Shown here in pieces: positions 14,075 to 26,900 of a stretch of DNA of 64,000 nucleotides. Within the stretch, counting starts at the first letter, position 1. Every line of letters starts with the position of its first letter. The notes beneath the pieces are model-generated. The model was given only the letters and a program-made list of their open reading frames with translations, did no database searches and had not been told where the DNA came from. Source of the stretch: Tubiluchus corallicola (taxonomy: Eukaryota > Animalia > Priapulida); NCBI GenBank assembly GCA_030141605.1, contig JAQGDQ010000407.1, forward strand, positions 126,942 to 190,941. The letters are read 5' to 3'. The position numbers and the translations under genes are program-made.

Positions 14075-14430
14075 TATTACTTTGAGAGACTTACGTTATT
14101 AGAGTCTCCTGAAGAAAGCCGTCTAAAAAGATTTAGTCATGTGTTATAGTATTATATACAAAGAAGTGGATTTAGACTCTAACGTGTTTTTTAGTCGTGT
14201 AATAACCGTTAACACTAGGCGGAATCATCCACTAAAATTATATGTGACACGCGTTTCCGAAACTAGTTTTGCTTATTTCTTCTCAAATCATGTAGTGCCA
14301 ATGTGGAATTCCCAACCATCACATATAAATGGACATCTTTGGTCACTGCACTTAATACCAAATTATTTCGGAAACGTTTAAACACCTTGGATTTAAATCA
14401 GTATTTGTATTACGATAGGCACATGTAAAC
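14075..14430 (+). mobile_element. CR1/L2-type LINE 3' end fragment
   Basis: Translates to LESPEE.RL..DLVMCYSII...NTRRNHPLKLY...FFSNHVVPMWNSQP, the typical C-terminus of CR1-group ORF2. Confidence 0.7.
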
Positions 14431-14682
14431 AAATTGCATTGTTTAATATTACTTTATTTAGAATATTCTGTAATGTTGTGTATCACATTATAAGGCCTAT
14501 TTAAGCAGTGTATCTCTGTGGATCCATTCCACACCTTATTGACTATTTTTATTGATTGTCATGAATTTAATGTTTTATTTATTTTATTGTATTATTTTAT
14601 GGGTGTCAAATAAATTCAACTAAATTAAAATATGCACTTACGCATGCGCATGATGTCAATAGTTAACCAGCCATCAGATAAG

Positions 14683-14963
14683 AGACTAGCAAGTTTTCTC
14701 TCGCAAGTTATTGCGGACAAGCGTTAGGGCGCGTTCAGACTAGCAAGTTTTCTCTCGCAAGTTATTGCGGACAAGCGTTAGGGCGCGTTCAGACTAGCAA
14801 GTTTTCTCTCGCAAGTTATTGCGGACAAGCGTTAGGGCGCGTTCACACTAGCAAGTTTTCTCTCGCAAGTTCTCTCTGAGAGTTCTCGCAATGAATAATG
14901 CTTGTCTGCAATAACTGCGAGAGAACTTGCAAGAGAAAACTCTCTAGTGTGAACGCGCCGTAA
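14683..14963. mobile_element. PIF/Harbinger-like MITE (14835-14960) preceded by tandem 54-bp copies of its left end
   Basis: TIR GGGCGCGTTCACACTAG...CTAGTGTGAACGCGCCG flanked by TTA/TAA. 54-bp units start at 14683, 14737, 14791 and 14845. Confidence 0.7.
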
Positions 14964-15134
14964 TATGATGTGAATTTTGTGTGTTACTCTCTAGCATTTT
15001 TGGCCGTCTAGATCACATCCATGATGTCTAAAACTACTTCAGCGATGAGAAAAGATTTATCATTTTAAAATATTGTCACCAGGGTTTCTGAAAAAAATGT
15101 TTTGCCACTAAAATTTTTAAGAAGAAAGAAACAG

Positions 15135-15136
15135 AC

Positions 15137-15167
<31 letters not shown>

Positions 15168-15254
15168 GAGAGAATGAGAGAGAGAGGGGGAGAAAGAGAA
15201 AGAGAGAGAGAGGGAGAGGGGGAGAAAGAGAAAGAGAGGGGGGAGAAAGAGAAA

Positions 15255-15335
<81 letters not shown>

Positions 15336-15343
15336 AGAGAGAG
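15135..15343. repeat. (AG)n microsatellite
   Basis: Visible purine dinucleotide run. Confidence 0.97.
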
Positions 15344-17371
15344 ATTGTAGGGACATAGTACAGGCTCTGCATCATCTTCTTCCAGCGACATCACATTTAT
15401 TTTCTCTCAATAATACGACGGACAACAGGTTACGACCTTCCCTAGGGCCGAGCTTAACCAGCGATGCATGTGAAAACAATCTTACAATGTGCGGCGAACA
15501 AGCTACTATGTGCTACAAGCTACACATGGTGACTTTTACTTTTTTTACTTAGTGTGATTCCATTATTGTGAGTTTACTTGGTAACCTGATCATCTTCGCC
15601 CAAGACTTTTTCGCTTCGGTAAGTTCATACAAAATAACTGCAATAATAATTAATTGAGATTCCAACTTTGCTAACTCACAGTAACAGATAAAATTCTAAA
15701 TAGAAAAAGATTGGGCAACCATTTCTTGATCATAGGGGTTTATAAAGCCGAAAACTATCTTGCGTCTTTGCCGCTGACTGTACATTGTTTTTTGTTTTTT
15801 GCTGATGTATGCTGATTGGACAATATATATATATTCTTTATTTGTCATTAAAATGGTTCACTCATTATAATAAAATTGAGTAAGCCTCAGCGTAATGTTA
15901 AAATAACAACACTGTTCAAGACAAATGCGTCCAGTGCATATTAAAAAACCGAAAGTGCAAAATTAAGGCCTAATTATATACAATAAATGAACATATTTAC
16001 AAACACCATATTAAAATATTTTTACAAAACAAAGTACATTAAAATTTACATGACATATTTTACACAATATACATTTGACATTACAAAACTAACATAACAC
16101 GTATTACATTACATAATTTTTTCAAAAAATTTTCATTTAATTAATCAAAAATTAAAAAAATTGGACGTTCAATGCACATGTTTCTATCGCTTCTTATTTG
16201 AGCAAAATTAGCTAGTCATGCGTTTATAACTATTGCCACTTTCTAAGCGAATGTTCACTGGATAGGAAAATTTAGTAGTGTGTAGTACAATTGCTGTATT
16301 TGCTCCAAACAGCATTCATTGTCATGCATGGGCATATTATATCTAATGTAAACAACCTCAACATTTTTGTTATCATTCTGGTATTAAACCCACTTGTGCT
16401 GCATCGCCGTATAAAGAAATGCGCTAAAACCGTTAGTTGTACACAATTAAACAAGGTATGTTCATTAGTGTATATTATTTACAAGCTACTATAAACGCGA
16501 GAAATCAACAGGAATAGAGCATTATCTTCATTTAAACACTAGCAAATATTTTTCCGAAATAGCAAACAACTATGAGTACAGTCAGGTGAATAACGACTGA
16601 CGTGCCAACTGCCAAGGTCCTTTTGGCATAGCTGCTTTAGCACGTTTATTATAGGCTGCTCTGTTAGACGACATTCCATAAAATTCCCTCCAGGTTAATA
16701 GTACAAGGCAGGCCTTGAACAGGTAAAAAACGCTTGAGGTATAGCCGATCATCAAAAACACGAACAGATATAAGATTGAGAAAACTACTGAGCTTATCGA
16801 ATACGATTTGCAGAAAAGCTATCAATGGCATTTCAGATTGATTCATCAGAAAATTGTGCTACATAATTTAAATAATTACCTTTCTGCCGAATGGAGGGGC
16901 GGAGATATTAGGTTAGTGGTTACGGCGGGCTATGAAAGTGAAGCAGTCATGAGTCTTGCTAGTACGTGGATAAGTAACTGCCGAGAAAACTAATTCTCGG
17001 TAGTTTCACCTGTAATATTAACTTTACCTATATTCCTTATTACGGGAGGACATATCAATATCCGAACTTGGCTGAGACATCTATAGGATGATTCTAGAGT
17101 GACCTAGACAATTATTTAGATGCCGTAGCAATCATGCAATTGACATACAGCCGACGTTGCATCCTGCCTAGAAGTACTGAACTATATTTGAAAAATTGAA
17201 AAAATTTCATTTGGAAATTCTAATGAAGGTGGATAAGGCGGTATGTACTTGTAACACTCGCGCGAATTTCATGACTTTGTAGCGGTTTTTTATTTTGAAA
17301 GAGTCTGAATAGCCACTTATATGCATCTACAGTTATCGGTTTGTGCTAAAGTTGCTTATTCCTAGCAGCAT

Positions 17372-17378
17372 TATAATG

Positions 17379-17476
<98 letters not shown>

Positions 17477-17485
17477 TACTACTAC

Positions 17486-17553
<68 letters not shown>
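17372..17553. repeat. (ATT)n microsatellite
   Basis: Visible run. Confidence 0.97.
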
Positions 17554-17555
<2 letters not shown>

Positions 17556-17940
17556 GTCTCATCATATGAACACTGAAAGATGCATCCCAGCTTAGAGAGA
17601 TTTGCTTCAACACTGACCACGATATCTGAATAAAGGCTAAGCTAAACAAGCATAATGTTTTTCAATAATTTATGTTTAAAATCTACATCTGTGGTCACCT
17701 GCTACAGAAGCTACTGCATCGTTCTTTCTTCTTAAAAAAAGAATTACGAGGCAAAAAATCGCGTTTTCAGTAGTTTTAAGAATTTTCAAAAAAAAAATCA
17801 ATACGGTTATGAATTTCTAAGTACTTTTAGTCACCCAAATGATTTTAGCATATAATTTTGCTTTTATGCTAAAATTTTGAAATAACTTGCGTTTCTTCTT
17901 TCTGTAATGAATAATTTGTGCTTATTTTATTCCAGCAGCC

Positions 17941-20900
17941 ATGGCAAAAGAAGGAAAAGAGCCGTTTTCTGCCATGTCTCTTAAAGTGAGAATGATTCTT
18001 ATCATCGTAGCAGTCAGCATTCCAATTCTTGTTGTTATTATACAAAATTCTATTTATATCAGAAGAGCTAAAGCCAGTAAAGAAGGTAAGAAGATTGTTT
18101 GCTATCCATGAGTGTGAAACAAAATGCCTTGGATTGTTGTTCGACACACTTTGACCTATCTTAAAATTCTTCTTAATAAAACACGAGAGGAAGGTTTTTT
18201 AAGGCCACCTAAAGACGTTTCAGTCCTGTTGCAGTTTCGTTTAGTTCAGCAAATTTCTTGTATCAGTCATGCTGTGGAGTTTAACAACTAATCACAATAC
18301 CTAGGAATTCTTATGTCGCGTAGAGAAGTAATTAACAAACAAATGGACAGAAGCACTTGTGCTCGCCTTAGGGATGTGTGAACACAGGTGTCGCAACTTT
18401 AGGCCTGCTCTGAACACACCAAAGAATGAACACGTAACAAGCCCAACAAAACAACTAGAAAAATGCATAGACAAACGTGTAACTCGTGGCTTAGAGGTAC
18501 AAGGAGCAAAAAAGGACAATTCGAAAACTCAAGAAAGGCAAATGGTTGGCGTCTGTTACTAGTTGTTGTCAGTCATATTTACGTTTCCGCACTTTGTTAA
18601 AACTTTCACTCGTGGTGAACATTGGCAAGTTACGCGAAATCTTTTTTATTATCTTTCACGTAATTTTTCCAAGTCACAAATGTGAGATAACGTCTCAGTT
18701 CTGTGTGTCTATTTCAGCTGAGTGTTATTAAATATAAACTGTCGCATATGACTCCTTATTATAAACCCAATTGTGTGTGGTTAAGGCGTTTAATTGTAAT
18801 TGCCGAAACGGTGTATTTTGTCGCCCAACCTCGCTGTCCCGTTATACCCCAAATTGAGTACAGTCTATCTGGCATCCTGAATCAGTATGCTTCAGCCTTC
18901 AGAATAAAGATAGCTGAAAAAGATTTATTCCCAGGCGAAAATACAAGAAAATAATTGAGCGTCTAACAAGCTTATCAATTTAAATAATTCTTTATATCCA
19001 CTTTTTGCATAAATACTCTAAATAAATGGAAACACAAAGTCTAGATATAAGCAACGATAAAAACGAATTTTTCAATGCGTATCGTTATCGTTATCGTTAA
19101 CATCTCTGCCTTAATTTCGAAATTTTTAAAAATGCTATTAATATTTTGAAGTAGAAAGTTTGATCGTGTTTGAGAGGTCAGCACAAAAGCATTTTGTAAG
19201 TAGATTGCACAGCCACAATAGAGGCTGTGGGGAGGTGACTGTGTAATATAGGAGTGCTGTTCCTTCAGAGTCTCCTACACACCCCACAGTTTAATGATAG
19301 CGTATTTGAAACTTTTGTACTTTTCTCAAAATAATTTTTGCATAAAAGCATCATCATGTGGTCATCATCTGTTCAAACTGCTTAAAAGTGTACAGTCTGA
19401 ACAGTCTGAATAAAATGTACGGGATGTGAAAACTATTTTAAGTCAAAAACGCTAAAAAGTTATACAAGTTCACATCTTGTTAGATCACAAATAATCGCTG
19501 ATGCTATGCGCATGCGCAAGTTCATAGGTGCATTATTACAGAAATGTAACCGGGACGTTATATGGCTGTCCCACTAAAACCCAAACAGCAGTGGTATAGT
19601 TCTTCAAAGTTGATTGGAATGCACTCACTCAAGTAATGGGCATAGCAAATGTCATGCACCATGGCAACTTTTTCTAACGCGTTTTGCACATTTTGTGCAA
19701 AAAGCACAAAACTTGTAAGATTTGAAAAGTTTGCAGCAAAACTCTGGGAGAAGGAAGCAGTGTGTAAAATATGAAAAATGTTTTTTTAATATTGGTCTTT
19801 CTGAACAACACAACCCATTTCAATACATATTTCCAGGAATATCGCTCCTTGATGAGACACGTATACGCACATGCGCACGCACACACGCACACACGCATGC
19901 GCATGTATATATATAGGTTTTATGTGTCAAATGTAGACCTGCGTTAACTCAAATGTAGATTTAGGTAATTCAAATGTGTCTTGGTAACTCAAATGTAGAC
20001 TTAGGTAGTTCAAATGTGTTAACAATGGTTTTCAACAAATCTTAAGCGTATTTGGTAAGTCAAATGTAGACACATGTCAAGTCAAATGTGACATTGGTAT
20101 CTCAAATGTGGATAGGTGGTAAAGTTTAAGGATGTTAAATTTAATCTTCTTTAATTTCAATTTAATAATTGCTCCTAATTTAAAATAACAACGTTATAGG
20201 TCTACTAATAGTTCACTAATATTTTGCAAACTTTACATGCCATTGGAACTGTTAGAGAAAACAATGCATTCTTAAAATAAACAATGTTTCTTGAGAGAAA
20301 CTAATTCATTAATGCAGTGCTAATGCATTACTTAAAAAACTAACTAGTGATTCACTGTTCATTGGGAAGTGGAAGCCGATTTATTCTTTTCTGCCGACAT
20401 TTTTTGTAAAACTTTTACAAATAAAATGTAGAATTGGTGTACCTATATATTAATAATTGTATAATTGTTAAATTATTTATGTACAACACTTTTAAGTGTT
20501 CTTATCAAATAAACATTTTGATAAGTTATCAAATATAAAATAGTTGCAAATTAATTAACTATAATAAAAATTGATGCTGCCTATAGCGCCATGACCGTAA
20601 AATATAATTTTAATTTGGTTTTATCTTTTTGTAATTTGCACTTAAATAAGTTAATTACCGATTTATTCAAAGTGCCGCATCTACATTTGACTTACCTAAG
20701 TCACATTTGAACTTTCCTGCGTCTACATTTGACGTGTAAAACCTATAGAACACTGTAAACGCAAAACTGTAATCGAAAAACGTTTAATTTCAGGATTGGA
20801 GGAGTTAGCCAGAAATGCTAAATTTGCTCTGGAGTTGAACGATATTGTACACGTTTTACAGATAGAACGTGGTACAACAGCTTTGTACGTCAGTTCCGGT

Positions 20901-23900
20901 GGAGACAGCAAGGTGAGATCAACAACAACAAAAACAAAGAAACAACATAATGAAGCCATTTAAACAAGTCTGAATTTTTGAAAATACGGTTGCACTATGT
21001 TGGATCACCGTTGCCTGTTTTTGCCTAAGTTCGCGCAGTTTTAACGTACTCAAGGGTAAATTTGAAATCTGAATTTTTATCTTAAACTTGCCAACTGTTA
21101 TTACAACACTTTCTTTTTACCGTACATGAAAATCGGAAGTATGTGAAAAATCGTTCTGTCTTCCCTTAATTATAATTGTCCAACGTTAACCGCAAAGCTT
21201 CTTGATTGTGGTACTGAACCTTCAGAATTACTGAACGTTCTTCAGTAAGTGAGGGTTTATAAAAAAATGATAAAGAAATTTATTTGTGTGTGATTCATAC
21301 ATTTCGTAATCAATACTGCACCGTAACGTCGTGAAAAGACAATACTGTTGTGTATTTAGTATCATAACTATTACGAGCTTCGTTGAGCACAACCGATCCT
21401 TTCATTCTGATCACGCCCCCCTTTTCAATCAAATTGGATTGTTCATCTTGCGACATATGCGTGCAGGTGACTCGCTGGCAAATAGCTAAAAGATTGGGAA
21501 ATTACCAAATTGACGCAGACAGGCATCACAAAGCCAATATATATATGCAGAAGTCCACGAATGTGCCCTATCGTCGATCGAAGCAATTTATATGACTTAT
21601 ACTATAGAAAAATACCGCATAGCTTTCTCTCCACTAAGGCTAAAAGCGCATCACTAAGAATTGACACCGGTAGATGGCATTGCGAAGATATAAACTAAAG
21701 ACTCCGCACATGCGGAGAGATACAAACAGAAAAACATGTATTAATGAACTATAACTTAGCTACTGAAATTAGAAGGAAATGTCATAGTGTGAACTTTTCT
21801 GCACTGTCTAATATTGTGGAGAACAACCATGCATTTGAAATTTGTTCACAAGTGCCACAAACTTTTGAAAACTAACAGTGGTTTTACTAATGTTTACTAA
21901 TCGCTTAAAATATCAAACTAAAATGTACAAACACTGTTTCAATGGTATAAAGTTGGTTCAACTATTTTATTTTATATGCTAATATGATCCACCTGTGATA
22001 AATTCTTGAAAAGAATTGACGGTAAATTTTATTATTTTCTGCTACCCCAGTTTTTGTATTAATCATTGTATTTATAGTCAATAAATTACACTACTACTAA
22101 CAAAACCTTTCTATTAGAGACATGCCAATTAATACTACAAAAGAATTTCTGATAATTAGATAATAGATTAAAAACTTAATTAACGGCGAACGAGTCATCA
22201 CATAATTTTCAACAGGAAAAATATTCAACGAGCGTGTTGGACGTGTTTGCGAAAGCGAAAATAGAAGTACAGTGCTACTGTAAGATATATAATGTGTTGT
22301 GCTAAAACTAGCCAAGTTTTATGATAAAAATACTAATTTCAAGTTTATCGCTGTGCTCACGCATGAGCTGTCGCACGTGTGTAGTTCGTCACAAACGAAC
22401 ACCTCTGAATAGAGAGGTACAACACTCGTTTTTTATGCAATGCGTTTTCGAAATGCAGGTGCTGCTACCCGTCTAACTAGCGAAAGGCGAAATGCATGTC
22501 ACAGCGAAGAACTAGTGGCGCGAACGTGGAATTGTATTTGTGTGGTAATAATTCTTTCACGTAAGTCACTTTAGAAAAAATTGTATGTTTCCTTTCATTA
22601 TTTTAAGGAGTAGATTGTTTTGACCTGTAGTTTAAGATTGGACCCGGTTTTGCTTTAATATCTAGTGATCAACAGATAATTATAGCATATGTTGATACAT
22701 GTATTATAGTTTTTCTAATACATGACAATAATTTCACTCTTAAGGCATACGACTCGCTAACTGAAAAGTACGCACAAACAGATGCAGCTTTTGACAAAGT
22801 GGACATTTGGTTAAAGGAGGACGCAGTAGATTCGAACTACAAGAGCAAAGACAGACTGCATAGTTATGTAAAGGTAAGCAATTGAACTTGCTGTGGACCA
22901 CTCATGTATCTGTAACTACCCATTTAACTGTGATACACAGACATTTCTCCTTTTTTGCTGTACCAAAAACTCCCATTGAAGTTGTTCGGGTCTCTAGTTT
23001 GATCGTCCCCTCCCAGGTAGAAACACTGACCATAGAGTTTAATTTTGTATGATAACCAATAATTAATTTTTGAATACAAATCCATTGCAAAAAAAACTAA
23101 ATTAACTGTAATACCATAGCATTCCCGTATTCATTTCGATGACAAATTCAACGCAAATTACTAGTATACTCAATACGTAAATAGTAGAGTGAATAATTAA
23201 AGCAATTTAATAAGTTTGAATTAAATATACTAAGAATAAAACTACTTTTACAAGTTGCATTGTTAAGTAATTTATATGTATGATGTGTTATTGGCATCAA
23301 AGCAGGGCTCTGTAATTGGTCGCCTAACAAAATCCAGGGTTAAAACCTGCATGGAGATCATGATATATGGCAAGACTTAGTAGAGTGCATACTCATACAG
23401 CCAGTGTAGGATGTCAATCAAGTACGTGGCCTGAATCGTACAAAACCGAAAAAGAATTTTTTGGTTCAACAAGTTTTTGGTATATTTTCGTGAAAATTCT
23501 TAAATACCCGCATTTTAGCGTGTATGTTTTAGTATGTTTGAGTAACCATATCATGTATGTTGTTATGCTATGCATTTGCAGGACCATCGAAACAGCTTAG
23601 ACTGGTCAACTACAACAGTACAAGAAGAAATTGCTTTTTACACAAAAATTAACAAGTGAGCGATTTCATTAAATTATTGTTCACTACATCCACTTAAAAT
23701 TAACAAGATGGTTTTAGTGCAATAGAAGTATTGTATGCTATACTTCTTCTTCTTCTTCTTCCCAGCTTTTCCCTATGCCGGGTCACCGTTGTGAATGAGT
23801 CTTCTCCACGCATTCCTGTTGTTGACCATCTCTTCATTTATGTTCTTCTCTCTAAGGTCTCCACTAATACATTCAATCCATCTCCGCTTGGGTCGTCCTC

Positions 23901-26900
23901 TTCTTCTATTCCCCAGCACTTCCATTTCCATGACCTCCCTTCCCACATGATCTTCACCGACTCTTCTTTTCAGGTGTCCATACCATCGCAATCTTGCGAG
24001 GCTTCCACTACTTTTACTGTTCCTCTGATATTATTATTTCTAATTTTATCTCTTCTTGTTATTCCCACCATCCATCTCAACATCCTCATCTCCACCACAT
24101 CCATTTTCTTCTCTTCGGTCTTCTTTAGAGAAGCTGCTTCCAGCCCATAGATTAGAGCGGGTCTGACCACTTCTATGTGGAGACTCATTTATAGAAGGTT
24201 TTGGCGGATGCCCTTCCTGACCCTAACCCTCCCTATTTATCCGGGCTTGGGACCGGCACTGAGTTGAGCTGACTTGACCCCCCCCCCAATGGCTAGGTTA
24301 GAAGTATGCATGATATACAATAGGCTAAACTAATCTAGAAGAAGTAGGTTATGAAACGTTTATTCAACACATGATAATGAATAGAATTTTGCTTTGCAAA
24401 GTTCAAAACTATAGCTTGTCGTCTAATAAAAAGTTTTCAGTTTCAGCTAAAAACCTTAATTCTTATTAAAGCAATGGTAAAGACTCTTCGGTGAAAGCAT
24501 TTTGCTTAAACATTTTTTGTAAATTGAAGAATGCACGATCCATTGAACGCAAACTATATGTAAAATGTTGTTGTCGTCACCATCGTGGCCGTCATTGTTG
24601 CTAATTTTCTTGACACTGGAAGACCCATATTTTTATGACAGACGTTTGCTAATCTTCGCTTTATTCCCTGTTTTAGCGTGTTAATAGACTGGATTGGAGA
24701 AACTGTTTACAAGTCGCCCCAAAGCGCTAAGTACGTGTGGAAGACGCTGTTTTCCTTTTACTTACTGATAGTAAGTAAAGAGCAGGCTGGAATAGAGCGA
24801 GCTCTTGGAAGCACTTACTTTGCATCAGGTATTTTCTTTAAACATGGTCACGACGCTTTGTCACGTTATTCATGATATCACATGAAATTCTTTCGGTTAC
24901 ATAAATAAAAGCAAAAGGTAATTAGAAAATAAAAAAGCCGGTTTGTTGTAATGTATACGCTCAAACCAAAGTTGCGTTCCCATATCTATGTTAGTTTATT
25001 CTGCAAAAATACAAATTTTCTGTAGTCTACAATTACTACATCTACAGATCTACTGAAATAAAAGTGCTAGAAAATAAGTGCTACAGATAACTACGTTACA
25101 CTAAAAAGCTAAAATGCATACATGCATTGTTGGTCCAATATTGAGTCGAGGAAAAGCCAGAATGTCAGTAAAAGGTAGTGTACATAACAAGTTCCACCTA
25201 TACAATGTCAGGGTAGAAAAAGTAGTCTAGAGGTTGAGCTACAGTCTAATATATTGTGGCTTCTAATGCATATACTACCTTGAGAAGAGGTAATGGACCA
25301 AAACATTTGCACCTGCAACAGTGTCATTTCTCAATAGTTCAAGCTAAAAGAATATATTTGTCATATAAAACTATGCTAGCCTAGAGGCAGTGATCACAAT
25401 CACCAGTTCACGGCTGCATCAAGCGTTCGTTTATTTTAAATTAGGCTAATTATTTTACATAGTGCCATAAACCAAGTTTCATCTGTTACGGACATTTGAC
25501 ACTTTAACTCGTGAACAAAGATAATCTGTTCTTCAAACAAACAAGCAGACAAACAAACAAACAAACAAATAAGCACAGTAGTGAACTTTACTTAACCTTA
25601 CTTTTGCCAAAGCTCGTCACACTTGTTTAATATTGACCATAAAAACACCTTTAAGTTCGACGCCATTTTTTTTTAAATTTTGTGTTCCATAGAACCAATA
25701 TAATCATATAAAAATTGTAAATTGTAAGTTCCCGGCGATTAATTTCTTTAATTTCATCCTTGTAGGTAAGCTGTCTGATGAAGACTTCATCTGGTACTAC
25801 AGAGAAAGGACATTGGGCGAGGCCTTCCTAGAGACGTCAGCGGATTATCTAAATGAAGTTGATGTAACCTATAGCAACCTCAGACACTCTAATCTGTACG
25901 CCACTTTAGCCAAAATGCGAGCTGAGATATCGAGAAATCAGCACAATGAACCGGACACCCAAAGAGGGCTCTACTGGTTTGCGAACATGACACAGTACAT
26001 TAATCAGTTACAGGTAAGAAACTTCTATGCTGCACATTTAATGCCTTATAAACCCATGACAACTTAATTTTCTATGCATCCGTTTCCTAAGTCTTCGTTT
26101 TGTTTAATTATGTGTTAAATTATCATAACATAATTATAGGCATGCATTACATACTTCATTTGCTTAAATTTTAACTTTTGTTTGACAATTACCCCCGACT
26201 ACAGCTCCGTGCCATGAGATGAGAGGGGATTGTTACAAGAACTTTGTTGTAACACAGCTACCACTGTAAACACAAATCATTAGGAACCAGAAAGACACGA
26301 TACAATGTCAACTAGATAAGAAATGAACTACTTTAAAATTCCCAATCATTGAAGCACACAAAGAATATTTTACTCTGCTTTTTATATTTAAATACATTAA
26401 CAACATCACCAAACCATTCCAGAATAACAGATTTACCTTTTTTCCAAATCCTATCGCTAATTCCAGAACAAGCAATCTAAAACAAATTAGGACAAATAGC
26501 TACTATGGAGCGAACTCTGTAATCAAATAAGCAATTCTACTTTGGAATTCTCTACCATTACAGGTTAAACAAATCAAGTCCTTATCAGCATTTAAAACAA
26601 AATTAAAATCACTAATATTAACCAGATATGATATGCCATCACACCAGCACGACAACATACACACTAATTCAGAATTCATATATCCACGGCCATATTAATT
26701 AAATCGTAGTTTTTCATTTTTTGTGCATATTTGTAAATATGTTTGATTTTTTTCGTCGTTACTTTCCATTACTGCACAGTAGTTTAGATTGAACTAACGC
26801 ATTTGCCTTTAGCAGTGTAAGTTTTTATTAACTAACACTGATTGATTATCTCTGTAAAGTTTTTATCAGTGATTATCAATGTATTTTAATGGCAAATAAA

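Noticed and set aside
15560-15624. Donor site tcg|gtaagt as a 5' UTR exon of the NIT gene
   Set aside because: Plausible given the acceptor at 17935, but cannot be supported without cDNA.
15065-17620. Poly-SL/ER and poly-I ORFs
   Set aside because: Microsatellite translations.
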